Assembly (NCBI GenBank): GCA_963779415.1 | Contig: CAVZYA010000001.1 | Span: 1,536,001 to 1,600,000, forward strand | Direction: 5' to 3' | DNA: 64,000 bases | Source: an uncultured Acidobacteriota bacterium | GTDB lineage: Bacteria > Acidobacteriota > Thermoanaerobaculia > UBA5066 | Shown: positions 47,427 to 57,564 of the stretch, piece by piece | Layout: each line of letters begins with the position of its first letter | Numbering within the stretch: the stretch's first letter is position 1 | Notes under the pieces: generated by a model | Told to the model about the DNA's origin: nothing | Databases searched by the model: none | The model's input: the letters and a program-made list of their open reading frames with translations, nothing else | Position numbers and translations under genes: made by a program

Positions 47427-48077
47427 CTACTTCAGCGAGTCGCTTCCGCCGGCCGTCGAGCGAAATTCGGGCGGGATGTGGCCGACGTCGTCGAGCAGGA
47501 TCGACGTGACGGAGCCGCGCCCGTTCCAGTCGAACGTCGAGAGAGATCCGTTCCGCTGGCGGATCTCGTCCATCCGCGAAAGCGGCCTGGAGAGGAGCGT
47601 CGCCATCAGGATCCGGTTGAACCGGCCGTGGGCCACGACGAGGGCGTGGGTCGTCTGCAGTCCGCTGAGGCGCTCGAGAAAGCGCGCCGCGCGCCGGCCA
47701 GCCGCCACGGGGGATTCGCCGTCGGCTGGCGCCGCTTCGAGGTCCCCCGCGCGCCAGCGGGCGCGGATGACGGCCACTTCGCGCTCCATCGCGTCGTCGA
47801 GGGGCCGGCCGCACCAGACGCCCCAGTCGAACTCGAGGAGGTCTGTGTCGAAGGCGATCGGCAGCCTGTGGGGAGCGGTGACGATCTCGGCCGTCTCGCG
47901 GGCCCGGATCATCGGGCTCGCGAACGCCGCATCGATCGGCTCGGCCGAAAGGCGCGTCGAGAGAGCCTCGGCCTGCCGGATCCCCCGCGGGGAGAGCGGC
48001 TCGTCCACCCGCGAGCCCTGCAGCGTGCCGGCGAGGTTTCCCCGGCTCTCGCCGTGCCGCACGATGTAGAGACGCAC
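47427..48077 (-). CDS. Histidine phosphatase (phosphoglycerate mutase-like) family
   Basis: VRHGES, SPMIRARETA, E.DWG.W, VAHG. Confidence 0.9.
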   Translation of the reverse strand: MRLYIVRHGESRGNLAGTLQGSRVDEPLSPRGIRQAEALSTRLSAEPIDAAFASPMIRARETAEIVTAPHRLPIAFDTDLLEFDWGVWCGRPLDDAMEREVAVIRARWRAGDLEAAPADGESPVAAGRRAARFLERLSGLQTTHALVVAHGRFNRILMATLLSRPLSRMDEIRQRNGSLSTFDWNGRGSVTSILLDDVGHIPPEFRSTAGGSDSLK

Positions 48078-48116
48078 GGGCGGATTCTAGGACGGCTCCC
48101 CCGTATCATTCGGCGA

Positions 48117-49268
48117 ATGGCCCAGGACCGCGCCCGACGGCACCCCGAGGTGGCCGCGCTCCTTCGCGAGGACGGCCTCGAGGCGCTCTTCTCCGAGCGG
48201 TTCATGTCGGCGGCGGAGATCTTCGACGACCTCGTGAATGCCGCAGGCTGGCGGATTCTCGAGGCGATCGGGAGGCTCCCCTCGATCGAAGGAGAACCGG
48301 AGGACGCGGCGACCGACGCGACGTCCTTCCCTCCGCGGACGCGCCCCGCCTTTCGGTACCTCGTCCAGAAGCTTCTCTCCTCGGGCTTCCTCATCCGAAG
48401 AGATGGCCTTCTGGGCCGCTCGGAATCGTCACCGGCCTCCGTCGAGACGCTCGCCGCCGAGCTCGCCGCGCGCGAGCCGGGCGCCGCCGTCGGCGCCGAG
48501 ATCGTGACGCTCCTCGTCGACGAGGCGGCGGCGTTCTTCGCCGGGACGAAGTGCGGCGAGGAGATCCTCTTCGCGCCGAACCGTCTCCCGCTCTGGATCC
48601 GCTACTTCTCGAACGACAACGGTCTTTATGCGATCAACAACACCCTCGGCGCCGAGATCCTCGCGCGCTCCGTCCCGGCGGGCGCGGAGATCCTCGAGGT
48701 CGGCGGGGGGTGCGGAAGCGCGGCCGAAGCGGCTCTCCGCCGGCTCCAAAACGACGTCGCGAGGTACCGGTTCACGGAGATCGTCCCCGCGTTCGCCCGG
48801 CGGGGCGAGCGCGCGGCCCGCGCGGCGGCGTCGCCGGCGACCGTCGTGGAGGCAGCCCGGCTCGACATGACGAGGCCCTGGGCCGATCAGGGAGTCCCGC
48901 CCGGTTCCTTCGACGCCGTCTACTCCGTCAACTGCTTCCACGTCGCCCCCGACCTCGGCTTCGTCCTCGCGGAGGCGAACGCTGCCCTGAAGAGCGCCGG
49001 CGCCGTCGTCGTCTCCGAATGCATCCGCCCCTCGGTTCACGACCGGCCGACCTACGTCGAGTTCATCTTCGATTTTCTCGAGAGCTTCACGAACGTGGCG
49101 ACGGACCCTCTTCTCCGGCCGACGCACGGGTTTCTGACGCCCGACGCGTGGCGGCGGTCGTTCGTGGCGGCCGGATTCCCGATCGTGGAGATCGTCCCCG
49201 ACGTCGACCGCCTCGCCCGCCACTACCCGGATTTCTTCGTCGGCGCCGTCGTGGCGCGGAGGGGATGA
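48117..49268 (+). CDS. Class I SAM-dependent methyltransferase
   Basis: ILEVGGGCGS, FTEI, FDAVYSVNCFH. Confidence 0.8.
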   Translation: MAQDRARRHPEVAALLREDGLEALFSERFMSAAEIFDDLVNAAGWRILEAIGRLPSIEGEPEDAATDATSFPPRTRPAFRYLVQKLLSSGFLIRRDGLLGRSESSPASVETLAAELAAREPGAAVGAEIVTLLVDEAAAFFAGTKCGEEILFAPNRLPLWIRYFSNDNGLYAINNTLGAEILARSVPAGAEILEVGGGCGSAAEAALRRLQNDVARYRFTEIVPAFARRGERAARAAASPATVVEAARLDMTRPWADQGVPPGSFDAVYSVNCFHVAPDLGFVLAEANAALKSAGAVVVSECIRPSVHDRPTYVEFIFDFLESFTNVATDPLLRPTHGFLTPDAWRRSFVAAGFPIVEIVPDVDRLARHYPDFFVGAVVARRG

Positions 49269-49284
49269 GGGGGCCGCCCTCCCG

Positions 49285-50592
49285 TCAGCGCTTCCGGCCC
49301 ATCGCCGCGAGAAGCTCCGCCGGCTCCTTCGGCGCGCCGTGCGTCAGGACGCGGGGCTCTCCTTCCGTCACGAGGACATCGTCCTCGATACGGACCCCGA
49401 GGCCGAGGTACTCCTTCGGGACGTTCCTTTCGTCGGGACGGACGTAGAGCCCCGGCTCCACCGTCAGAACCATTCCGGGGACGAGCGGCCGCGACTTCCC
49501 TTCCTCGTCGACGTAGCGCCCCCGGTCGTGGACGTCGAGGCCGAGCCAGTGCGACGTGTTGTGGAGGCAGAAGCGCTGGGCGGCGTTTTTCTTCTCGAGC
49601 ACCGCGCGGCGGCCGCGGACGAGCCCCATGTCGAGGAGCGCGTCGAGGAGGACCTCCCGCGCCGCGTCGTGGATCTGTGTGAAGCGGGCCCCGGCGACCG
49701 CCTTCCCGATCGCCGTCTTCTGTGCGCCGAGGACGGCATCGTAGAGGCGTCTCTGCGGCCGCGTGAAGCGTCCCGAGGCGGGAAAGGTGCGCGTGATGTC
49801 GCTCGCGTACCCTTCGAACGCGCACCCCGCATCGACGAGGACGAGGTCTCCGGTGGCGATCCGCGCGCGGTTCTCGTGGTAGTGGAGGATCGTGGCGTTC
49901 ACGCCCGCCGCGACGATCGAAGGGTAGGAGGGGCCGGAAGCCCCCGACTTCCGGAATCGCCTCTCGATCGCGGCCTCCATCTCGTATTCGAAGAGCCCCG
50001 GAGCAGCGAGAGCCATGGCGTCGCGGTGGGCGCGGGCCGCGATCGCGGCGGCGCGCTCCATCGCCCGGAGCTCTTCGGGCTCCTTGACGAGCCTCATCTC
50101 GTGAAGGATCTCCGTCGGGTCCTTCACGACGACCGGCCCCCGTTTCGGATTGCGGGCCTCGCGCCGGAACCGGCCGAGGAGGTCGGCCACCTGCCGGTCG
50201 GCCGACCCGCTCTGCCCGAGCGCGTGAAAGAGGACCGCGTGCTTCCGGATCAGCTCCGGGAGCCTCTTCGCGACTTCGCCGATCGGGAACGCGGCGTCGG
50301 CCCCGAAATCGCGCGTCGCCCCTTCGGGCCCCGCGCGGCGCCCCTCCCACGTCTCCCGCTCGCGATCCTTCGGCCGGACGAACATCGTCAGCCGCCGGCG
50401 GTCGGCGTCGAGAACGGCCATGGCCTCCGGCTCGGAAAAGCCGGTCAGGTACCAGAGGTCGGGGTCCGGGCGGTAACGGTAGTGGAGGTCCCATCCGAGC
50501 GACGCCTCGGGCGGGGCGAAAAGGAGAGCGATCCCCTCCCCCATCCGTTCGTAGAAACGCTCGCGGCGGCGGCGGAAGAGGTCGTGTGCCAC
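49285..50592 (-). CDS. pepP: Xaa-Pro aminopeptidase
   Basis: YRPDPDLWYLTG, ILHY, VDAG..YASDITRT, HWLGLDVHD, TVEPGLY, GVRIEDD. Confidence 0.93.
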   Translation of the reverse strand: MAHDLFRRRRERFYERMGEGIALLFAPPEASLGWDLHYRYRPDPDLWYLTGFSEPEAMAVLDADRRRLTMFVRPKDRERETWEGRRAGPEGATRDFGADAAFPIGEVAKRLPELIRKHAVLFHALGQSGSADRQVADLLGRFRREARNPKRGPVVVKDPTEILHEMRLVKEPEELRAMERAAAIAARAHRDAMALAAPGLFEYEMEAAIERRFRKSGASGPSYPSIVAAGVNATILHYHENRARIATGDLVLVDAGCAFEGYASDITRTFPASGRFTRPQRRLYDAVLGAQKTAIGKAVAGARFTQIHDAAREVLLDALLDMGLVRGRRAVLEKKNAAQRFCLHNTSHWLGLDVHDRGRYVDEEGKSRPLVPGMVLTVEPGLYVRPDERNVPKEYLGLGVRIEDDVLVTEGEPRVLTHGAPKEPAELLAAMGRKR

Positions 50593-50642
50593 GGGTGAAG
50601 TCTAATCGGCCCTCGGCCGGCCCCCGTGCGACGATTCGCGGG

Positions 50643-51545
50643 ATGAGCCCGGTGCGGATCGTCCGCCGCCTGCAGGAGATCCATCCCGGGGCCTCCGCGT
50701 CGCGGCTGAAGCGCGCCGTCCTCGAGGGGCAGGTGACGATGGACGATGCGCCGGTGAACGACCCCGGAGCCCTCGTCGACGAAGGCTCCCGCGTCGTCTG
50801 GGACAGAGATCGCGAGGTGCGGCGGCGCGTCGACGCGAAGATCGCGGTTCTCTACGAGGACGACGACGCCGTCGCCGTCTTCAAGCCCGCGGGGCTTCTC
50901 ACGCACCCGACGGAGGCGAAGGAGAAAGAGACGCTCCTCTCGCGCGTCTCGCTCTGGGCCCAGCGCCGCTTCGGACACGGTGCGGGGCGCGCCTACGTGG
51001 CCGTCGTCCACCGGCTCGACAAGGAGACGTCGGGAATCCTCGTCTTCGCCCTCTCGCGTCGGGGCCTCGTCCAGCTGCAGGCCCAGCTCCGGGCACACGC
51101 GATGGAGCGGCGGTATGTCGCCGTCGTGGAAGGGAACCTCTCCGGAGAAACCGGCACTTTCGACCGGGACCTCGTGGAGGACCGCGGAGACCGAAGGCGT
51201 GGCGTCGCGAGGCCGGGCGAGAAAGGGATCCGCGCCGTGACGGAATGGCGTGTCCTCGAGCGGTTCGGGATCGCGACCCTCGTCGAGGCGCGTCTCCGGA
51301 CGGGGCGGACCCACCAGATTCGTGTCCATTTCGCGAGCGCGGGGCACCCTCTCGTCGGCGACCCGGTCTACCGAGATCCGCGCCGCCCTCCTTTCCCCGT
51401 GCCATTTCCCCGCCAGGCGCTCCACGCCGGACGGCTCGGCTTCACGACACCGGGAGGCAGGAAGGTCTCGCTGGACGCGGACCCTCCCGCCGACTTCCAG
51501 GCCCTGCTGGAAGAATTGCGCCGACGCAAGCGCCGCCGAGGCTAG
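50643..51545 (+). CDS. RluA/RluD family pseudouridine synthase
   Basis: KPAGLLTHP, VHRLDKETSG, TGRTHQIR, GDPVY, QALHA. Confidence 0.93.
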   Translation: MSPVRIVRRLQEIHPGASASRLKRAVLEGQVTMDDAPVNDPGALVDEGSRVVWDRDREVRRRVDAKIAVLYEDDDAVAVFKPAGLLTHPTEAKEKETLLSRVSLWAQRRFGHGAGRAYVAVVHRLDKETSGILVFALSRRGLVQLQAQLRAHAMERRYVAVVEGNLSGETGTFDRDLVEDRGDRRRGVARPGEKGIRAVTEWRVLERFGIATLVEARLRTGRTHQIRVHFASAGHPLVGDPVYRDPRRPPFPVPFPRQALHAGRLGFTTPGGRKVSLDADPPADFQALLEELRRRKRRRG

Positions 51546-51569
51546 GGACCGAAGAACCGGGATTCTTCA

Positions 51570-51731
51570 GCTATCGGTGGCCGCGTTCGCGGCCACCGGA
51601 GACAAAACCTGCTGCCGAGGGGCGGTTGTCAAGGGTGCACTCCGTGCGCCGCGAAGCGGTCGAAGATCCTTGACAGCCGCCCCCGGCCCAGATTCGGCCC
51701 AAGGGCGGCGGCGAATGCCGCCGCCGATAGC
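51570..51731. repeat. Nested palindromic intergenic element (REPIN/MITE-like)
   Basis: Two inverted 28-nt hairpin units (51570-51597, 51704-51731) around an internal 16-bp inverted repeat (51619-51634 / 51668-51683). Confidence 0.8.
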
Positions 51732-51757
51732 AGAAAATATCCTTTTTTCCCCTCGTT

Positions 51758-52393
51758 CTATTCGAGGACGACGATCACGACGCGGCGATTCTCCGCCCGC
51801 CCCTTCGCGGTCTTGTTCGGGGCGATCGGAAGGGTGTCGCCGTACGAGATCGTCGACATCCGCGCCAGCGGGAGCTTGTGCTCGCGGGCGAGGTAGCGGC
51901 GGACCGCCTCGGCCCGCTGCTGCCCGAGGGCGTCGTTGATCGCGGCGCCGCCGGTGTCGTCCGTGTGTCCCTGGATCTCGAGCCAGACCGGCTCGTTCAG
52001 CTTCTTGACCTTCGAGGCGAACTCGTCGAGCGCGGCCTTCGCCTCCTTCGACAGGTCATAGGACGACGTCTTGAAGTGGACCCGGTCCTCGGTGAAGGTC
52101 TGCTCGAAGACCACCTTCCCCTTCGCGAGAACGCCGGCCTCCTGCGCCCGCTTGAGGGCGTCCTTGGCCGACTGGCTGAGCTGGTCGAGCTCCTTCTGCT
52201 GCTCCTCGACCTGGGCGGCCGTCGCCTTCTGCTTCTCCTGAAGATCCTCCACCTGCGTCTCGACCGATTCGATCTTCTTGTCGGTCTGCGACTGCGCCTG
52301 GGCGATCTTCGTATCGACGTCCTTCGACGAAACGCACGCGGTGACGCCGAGGGCCAGAAAGCCCGCCAGCGCCTTGTGGATTCCACGGATCAT
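51758..52393 (-). CDS. OmpA-family lipoprotein with coiled coil
   Basis: Lipobox VTAC; IQGHTD, LGQQRAEAV, SYGDTLP, NRRV. Confidence 0.9.
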   Translation of the reverse strand: MIRGIHKALAGFLALGVTACVSSKDVDTKIAQAQSQTDKKIESVETQVEDLQEKQKATAAQVEEQQKELDQLSQSAKDALKRAQEAGVLAKGKVVFEQTFTEDRVHFKTSSYDLSKEAKAALDEFASKVKKLNEPVWLEIQGHTDDTGGAAINDALGQQRAEAVRRYLAREHKLPLARMSTISYGDTLPIAPNKTAKGRAENRRVVIVVLE

Positions 52394-53367
52394 GTTCCGT
52401 TTCCTTTCTTTACCGTCTCTGTCTCCCGCCACGGAGGCTCCGTGCCTCTGTACCCCGTCCGCATCCGGAAGGGTTTCGGGGGGCCCGGAAGCTCCAAGAA
52501 GAACTGACGATACCTCACGGGACCTTTCCCGGTGGGGGTGAAGCCGAGGAGGTACTGGAAACGGAGGTCCCGCTCGATCGCCCGGACGGCTTCCGGGAGT
52601 TTCGCCGTATCGTCGACGATGGAGAGCCTCCCGCCCGTGATTCGCGCGATCCGCCCGAGGACCTCGAGGTTCAGGTAGCGCTCCAGGGTCTCGCCGGGCG
52701 GCGGTCGGACGGGCGCTCCCGGGGAGCGGAGCCCGATCGGAAAGATGGGAACGTCGACCCCCTCGAGGAGAGTGCCGAGGCCCTCCTCCGAGAGCGCCGA
52801 TGCGTTATCCACCCCGTCGGACAGAAGGACGATCGCACGGGAGCCGTTCCGCCCCAGAAGCGACCGGTCGGGCATCTTCGCGAGAGCGTCGAAAAAGGCG
52901 GTCTTTCCGAAGGGCTTCACCGCGGCCGCCGCCTGTCGTAGGCGCTCGGCATCGTCGGTGAACGGCACGACCTCGCGGACCGCCCCCTCGGAGAAGACGA
53001 AGAGGGAGAAATCGTCTCCCGGTCGCTTCTCCCGGAGGAGCGCCTCGAGAGCCGCCCGCGCCCCCTCCATTTTTCCGGCGAGCGCCATCGAGCCCGAGCC
53101 GTCGAGGAGGATCGTGAAGGAGACCGGCGCGTCGTCGCTCGCGGTGAAGAGGTCGAGAACGACCGGCCTCCCGTCGACCTTGAGCGTGACGTCCTTCCGG
53201 GAGAGTCCCGCAACTGTACGCCCCTTCGTGTCGGTCACGACGACCGGGACGAGGACGTACCCGACGGAGACGGCCGCGGCGGCTTTCTGTGGCGGGCTCT
53301 CCTGGGATGAGGCGGGCGCCCCGAGGGCGCCCGAAAGGAGAACGGCGGAGAGAAGACGGAGGCTCAG
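52390..53367 (-). CDS. VWA-domain exported protein (acidobacterial type); probable CTG start
   Basis: DGSGSM MIDAS, TAFFDA, LSDG.DN, TGG, QYLLGF; CTGA overlap with the ndk stop gives signal peptide MSLRLLSAVLLSGALGAPA. Confidence 0.85.
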   Translation of the reverse strand: MSLRLLSAVLLSGALGAPASSQESPPQKAAAAVSVGYVLVPVVVTDTKGRTVAGLSRKDVTLKVDGRPVVLDLFTASDDAPVSFTILLDGSGSMALAGKMEGARAALEALLREKRPGDDFSLFVFSEGAVREVVPFTDDAERLRQAAAAVKPFGKTAFFDALAKMPDRSLLGRNGSRAIVLLSDGVDNASALSEEGLGTLLEGVDVPIFPIGLRSPGAPVRPPPGETLERYLNLEVLGRIARITGGRLSIVDDTAKLPEAVRAIERDLRFQYLLGFTPTGKGPVRYRQFFLELPGPPKPFRMRTGYRGTEPPWRETETVKKGNGT

Positions 53368-53777
53368 ATCAGGTCGGCCTGCGGGAAGAAGAACGTGACT
53401 TCACGCGCGGCGTCGGCGGGATTCGCCGAGCCGTGGACGGCATTTCGCTCGATCGACTGGCCGTACTCCTTCCGGAGCGTCCCGGCGTCGGCCTTCGCCG
53501 GATCGGTCGCCCCCATCACGGTGCGCCAGTGGGCGACGCCGTTCGCGCGCTCCAGGACGGCCACGAAGACCGGCCCGGAGGTCATGTAGGCGACGAGGGA
53601 GCCGAAGAAACCCTTCCCCCGGTGCTCGGCGTAGAAGCCCTCGGCTTCGGCCGCCGTCAGCCGGTGCTTCCGGAGGGCGACGACCCGGAAGCCTTCGGCC
53701 TCGATCCGGGAGAGGATCTTTCCGGCATTCCGCGCCTCGACGGCGTCGGGCTTGATGATCGCGAATGTCTTTTCCAT
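53364..53777 (-). CDS. ndk: Nucleoside diphosphate kinase
   Basis: TFAIIKPDAV, FYAEH, MTSGP, MGATDP, NAVHGS. Confidence 0.96.
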   Translation of the reverse strand: MEKTFAIIKPDAVEARNAGKILSRIEAEGFRVVALRKHRLTAAEAEGFYAEHRGKGFFGSLVAYMTSGPVFVAVLERANGVAHWRTVMGATDPAKADAGTLRKEYGQSIERNAVHGSANPADAAREVTFFFPQADLI

Positions 53778-53848
53778 GCGGGGCGTGAGTATACGCGGCG
53801 CCTGCCGCCCGTTGCGCACCGGACCGCCTCTCTTTTAGGCTTTCTTCC

Positions 53849-54298
53849 ATGAAGAACCTCTTTGCGACGTCCGAACGGTCGGAGATTCTCGGCCGGCTCG
53901 GCCGGCTTCAGCCCGGCGCCGCGCGGCTGTGGGGAACGATGGATCCCGCCCGGATGCTCGCCCATTGTGCCGTCGCGATGGAGATGGCGACGGGCGACGC
54001 GCCCCGGGAACAGAAGCTCATCGGGAAGCTCCTCGGCCCCATCGTCAAGGCAAGGCTGCTCGGCAACGAGCCCTTCTCGAAGAACTCTCCGACCGACCCG
54101 GCCTTCATCGTGAGCGACCCGCGCGACTTCGCGGCGGAGAAGGCTCGGCTCACCGCGCTCCTCACCCGCTTCTGCGATGCCGGCCCCGCGGCCGCCGCCC
54201 GGCATGTCCACTCCCTCCTGGGCCGCCTCCAGGGGGACGAGTGGGGCGTGATGATGTACAAGCACCTCGACCACCACCTCCGGCAGTTCGGGGCGTAG
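53849..54298 (+). CDS. DUF1569 (DinB-like) protein
   Basis: WGTM..MLAHC, H..LG, KHLDHHLRQFG. Confidence 0.85.
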   Translation: MKNLFATSERSEILGRLGRLQPGAARLWGTMDPARMLAHCAVAMEMATGDAPREQKLIGKLLGPIVKARLLGNEPFSKNSPTDPAFIVSDPRDFAAEKARLTALLTRFCDAGPAAAARHVHSLLGRLQGDEWGVMMYKHLDHHLRQFGA

Positions 54299-54313
54299 CG
54301 GCGGCCGGGCGGC

Positions 54314-55189
54314 TTACTTCCCGAGGACCTTCTTCAGCGTCTCGCCCATCAGCGCGGGGGAGTCGGCCACGTGGACGCCGGCCTCCTTGAGGGCCTTCAC
54401 CTTCTCGGCGGCGGTTCCCTTCCCCCCCGAGATGATGGCGCCCGCGTGCCCCATCCGCCGTCCCGGCGGAGCCGTCCGTCCCGCGATGAACGAGACGACC
54501 GGCTTCTTCAGGTTGACGCGGATCCAGGCCGCCGCTTCCTCCTCCGCGCTCCCGCCGATCTCGCCGATCATGATGACGGCCTGCGTCTCGGGGTCGTCGC
54601 GGAAAAGGGTCAGGGTGTCGATGAAGTTCGTCCCGTTGATCGGGTCGCCGCCGATTCCGATGCAGGTCGACTGGCCGAAGCCCATCGCGGTCGTCTGGCC
54701 GACCGCCTCGTAGGTGAGCGTCCCCGAGCGGGAGACGACGCCGACGAATCCCGGCTTGTGGATCCGGGCCGGCATGATGCCGATCTTCACCTTCGCCGAG
54801 GGCCGGATGATCCCCGGGCAGTTCGGGCCGATGAGGCGGCTCTTCTTCTTCGCGAGGTACGCCTTCGCCCGGATCATGTCGTTGACGGGGATCCCCTCCG
54901 TGATCGCGACGATGAGCGGGACGAGAGCGTCCGCGGCCTCCACGATCGCGTCGGCGCAGCCGGCCGGCGGAACGAAGATCATCGACGCGTTCGCGCCCGT
55001 CTTCTGGACCGCCTCGGCCACCGTGTTGAAGACCGGAATCCCCTCGACCCAGGACCCTCCCTTGCCGGGGGTGACGCCGGCCACGACCTGCGTGCCGTAC
55101 GCCTTCGCGGCGAGGGCGTGGAACGTTCCCTCGCGCCCGGTCAGCCCCTGTACGACGAGCTTCGTCTCCGTGTCGATCCAGGCGCTCAT
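54314..55189 (-). CDS. sucD: Succinyl-CoA synthetase alpha subunit
   Basis: [37 protein letters not shown]. Confidence 0.96.
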   Translation of the reverse strand: MSAWIDTETKLVVQGLTGREGTFHALAAKAYGTQVVAGVTPGKGGSWVEGIPVFNTVAEAVQKTGANASMIFVPPAGCADAIVEAADALVPLIVAITEGIPVNDMIRAKAYLAKKKSRLIGPNCPGIIRPSAKVKIGIMPARIHKPGFVGVVSRSGTLTYEAVGQTTAMGFGQSTCIGIGGDPINGTNFIDTLTLFRDDPETQAVIMIGEIGGSAEEEAAAWIRVNLKKPVVSFIAGRTAPPGRRMGHAGAIISGGKGTAAEKVKALKEAGVHVADSPALMGETLKKVLGK

Positions 55190-56352
55190 TTGCCACCTCC
55201 GAGCGCGGCGATGACCTTCTCGGCCGCGTCCTTCATCCCGTCGGCGGGGATGATGGCGAGGCCCGAGCTCTTCAGGATCGCCTTCCCCTCCTCGACGTTC
55301 GTCCCTTCGAGGCGGACGACGACCGGGACCTTGATCCCGATCTCCTTCACGGCGTTGACGACGCCGGTCGCGATGATGTCGCAGCGCATGATGCCGCCGA
55401 AGATGTTGATGAGGACGGCCTTCACGTTCCGGTCGGAGAGCAGGATCCGCATCGCGTTCTTCACCTGCTCCTCGTTCGCGCCGCCCCCCACGTCGAGGAA
55501 GTTCGCGGGCCGGCCGCCCGCGTACTGGATGATGTCCATGGTCGCCATCGCGAGCCCGGCGCCGTTCACCATGCAGCCGACGTTCCCGTCCAGCTTGATG
55601 TAGTTGAGGTCGAACTTCGAGGCCTCGACCTCCAGCGGGTCCTCTTCGTCGAGGTCCCGGAACTCCTTGATGTTCGGGTGCCGGAAGAGGGCGTTGTCGT
55701 CGAAGTTCATCTTCGCGTCGAGAGCGAGGACGTCCCCCTGCGCCGTGACGAGGAGCGGGTTGATCTCGGCGAGCGAGGCGTCCGTCTCGAGATAGGCCTT
55801 CGCGAGGGCGATGAAGAAGGTGCAGGCCTTCTTGTGCGTGTCGCCGGAGAGGCCGAGCGCGAACGCGAGCTTCCGAGCCTGGAAAGGTTGAAGCCCCCAT
55901 GCCAGCTCGAACGGCTCCTTGACGATGGCCGACGGGTCTTTGGCGGCCACCTCCTCGATCTCCATCCCCCCCTGCGCCGAGACCATCATGACCGGCTTGC
56001 CGACCGCCCGGTCGAGCGTGATGCCGGCATACAGCTCACGGGCGATGTCGAGCGCCTCCTCGACGAGCACCTTCTTCACCTTCCGCCCCTCGGGGCCGGT
56101 CTGGTGCGTGACGAGCTGCATGCCGATGATCTTCTTCGCGTGCTCGACCGCCTCCTCGGGAACGCGGGCGAGCTTCACGCCGCCCCCCTTGCCGCGGCCT
56201 CCGGCGTGGATCTGCGCCTTGACGACGGCGCGCCCGCCGAATTCCTTCGCGATCCGTCCCGCCTCTTCGGGCGAGTCCGTCACCTGCCCGCGAGGCGTCG
56301 GAACACCATAGCCGCGCAGGATCTGCTTCGCCTGGTACTCGTGAACTTTCAT
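55186..56352 (-). CDS. sucC: Succinyl-CoA synthetase beta subunit
   Basis: [41 protein letters not shown]. Confidence 0.97.
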   Translation of the reverse strand: MKVHEYQAKQILRGYGVPTPRGQVTDSPEEAGRIAKEFGGRAVVKAQIHAGGRGKGGGVKLARVPEEAVEHAKKIIGMQLVTHQTGPEGRKVKKVLVEEALDIARELYAGITLDRAVGKPVMMVSAQGGMEIEEVAAKDPSAIVKEPFELAWGLQPFQARKLAFALGLSGDTHKKACTFFIALAKAYLETDASLAEINPLLVTAQGDVLALDAKMNFDDNALFRHPNIKEFRDLDEEDPLEVEASKFDLNYIKLDGNVGCMVNGAGLAMATMDIIQYAGGRPANFLDVGGGANEEQVKNAMRILLSDRNVKAVLINIFGGIMRCDIIATGVVNAVKEIGIKVPVVVRLEGTNVEEGKAILKSSGLAIIPADGMKDAAEKVIAALGGGK

Positions 56353-56491
56353 CGGAGCGCCTTTCGCGATGTCGTAATGGAAGGCGCGCGGGAGATTAAC
56401 AGAACCTCTCGCCGGTGGAGACGCAACGGAGACGCGAAAAAGTAGACTACCGGGGGACGCCGCCCCGGAGAATCCGACCGAAGGAGAGATC

Positions 56492-57079
56492 GTGAAAGTC
56501 GCCTTCCGCCTCGTTGCCGGACTTCTCCCGGCTCTCGGCCTCCTCTCCGCCCGCCCGGCCGCCGCCCAGTTCTTCGCCTCGGTCGGCGTCCACGCGGGCT
56601 ACTCGCAGACGAAGGACGCCCCGAGCGGATCCTTCATCGGAGGCGCGCAGGCCCGGTTCCGCCTCCTCTCCTTCATCGGCGCCGAGGCGCTCGCCGAGTA
56701 CCGCGAGACAACGTACCAGTCGGGAGGGACCGACGTCCTCAAGGTGAAGGACATCCCGGTTCAACTCTCGGCCATGCTCTACCTCATTCCGGCGGGGCCG
56801 CTGCAGCTCTATGCCCTCGGCGGGGTCGGCTGCCACTTCACGAAGTCCGAGGGGCTCGGACCCGCGGCGGGCGCCCCGACGACGAATCAGTCGAAGTGGG
56901 CGCCCCAGGCCGGCGCCGGCGTCGAGATCTGGCCCAGCAAGAGCTGGTACCTCTCGGCGGACGTCCGATACGTCTTCCTCTCGATCAGCTCGGTCCGCGA
57001 CCTCGAGAACGCCGTCAAGAGCGGGAGCTTCTCGGCCGACTACTGGCAGGCCACGGCCGGCCTCAACTACAAGTTCTGA
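56492..57079 (+). CDS. Small outer-membrane beta-barrel protein
   Basis: Signal peptide; alternating aromatic strands; C-terminal GLNYKF; AAGGAG RBS. Confidence 0.85.
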   Translation: MKVAFRLVAGLLPALGLLSARPAAAQFFASVGVHAGYSQTKDAPSGSFIGGAQARFRLLSFIGAEALAEYRETTYQSGGTDVLKVKDIPVQLSAMLYLIPAGPLQLYALGGVGCHFTKSEGLGPAAGAPTTNQSKWAPQAGAGVEIWPSKSWYLSADVRYVFLSISSVRDLENAVKSGSFSADYWQATAGLNYKF

Positions 57080-57104
57080 AGGAAGGCCGCGATCCGGCTC
57101 CGGC

Positions 57105-57434
57105 ATGCCTTCTTGCACTCCTCTCCCGCTCTCCGACGAGACGCTCGCTCTGCTCGAAGCGCTCGCGAAGAGATCGGGGCGCCCGCCGGAGGAGGTGCTG
57201 GCGGATCTCGTCCGGGCGGCGGCCGAGGCGGACGGGCTGACGATTCCGCCGGGAGGCGCTTTCCTCGAGCTCGAAGCGGTCGACGAGACGCCGGCCATCG
57301 GCCCCGGGGGACGCGGGCGGAGGGTTCACTTCGTCGCCGTCGACGAGACCGGCGAGCAGGACGTCGGCAGCTTCTTCGTGCCGGACGCGCCCGAGCGGAA
57401 GAAAGGGGGGCCGAAAGAGCCGGAATCCGGCTGA
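57105..57434 (+). CDS. Hypothetical protein with RHH-like N-terminus
   Basis: [30 protein letters not shown] resembles a ribbon-helix-helix. Confidence 0.5.
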   Translation: MPSCTPLPLSDETLALLEALAKRSGRPPEEVLADLVRAAAEADGLTIPPGGAFLELEAVDETPAIGPGGRGRRVHFVAVDETGEQDVGSFFVPDAPERKKGGPKEPESG

Positions 57435-57564
57435 GCCCTCTCCTGCTAAAGTCCGCCTCCGCCCGGAAGACGACCGGCTTCCCGATGCCCCGTTTCCATC
57501 GACATCCGCCCCGGCGCGGGGCAAGCTCTCCCCGATGACACCGGGCCGTGAGGAGCATCACCCC

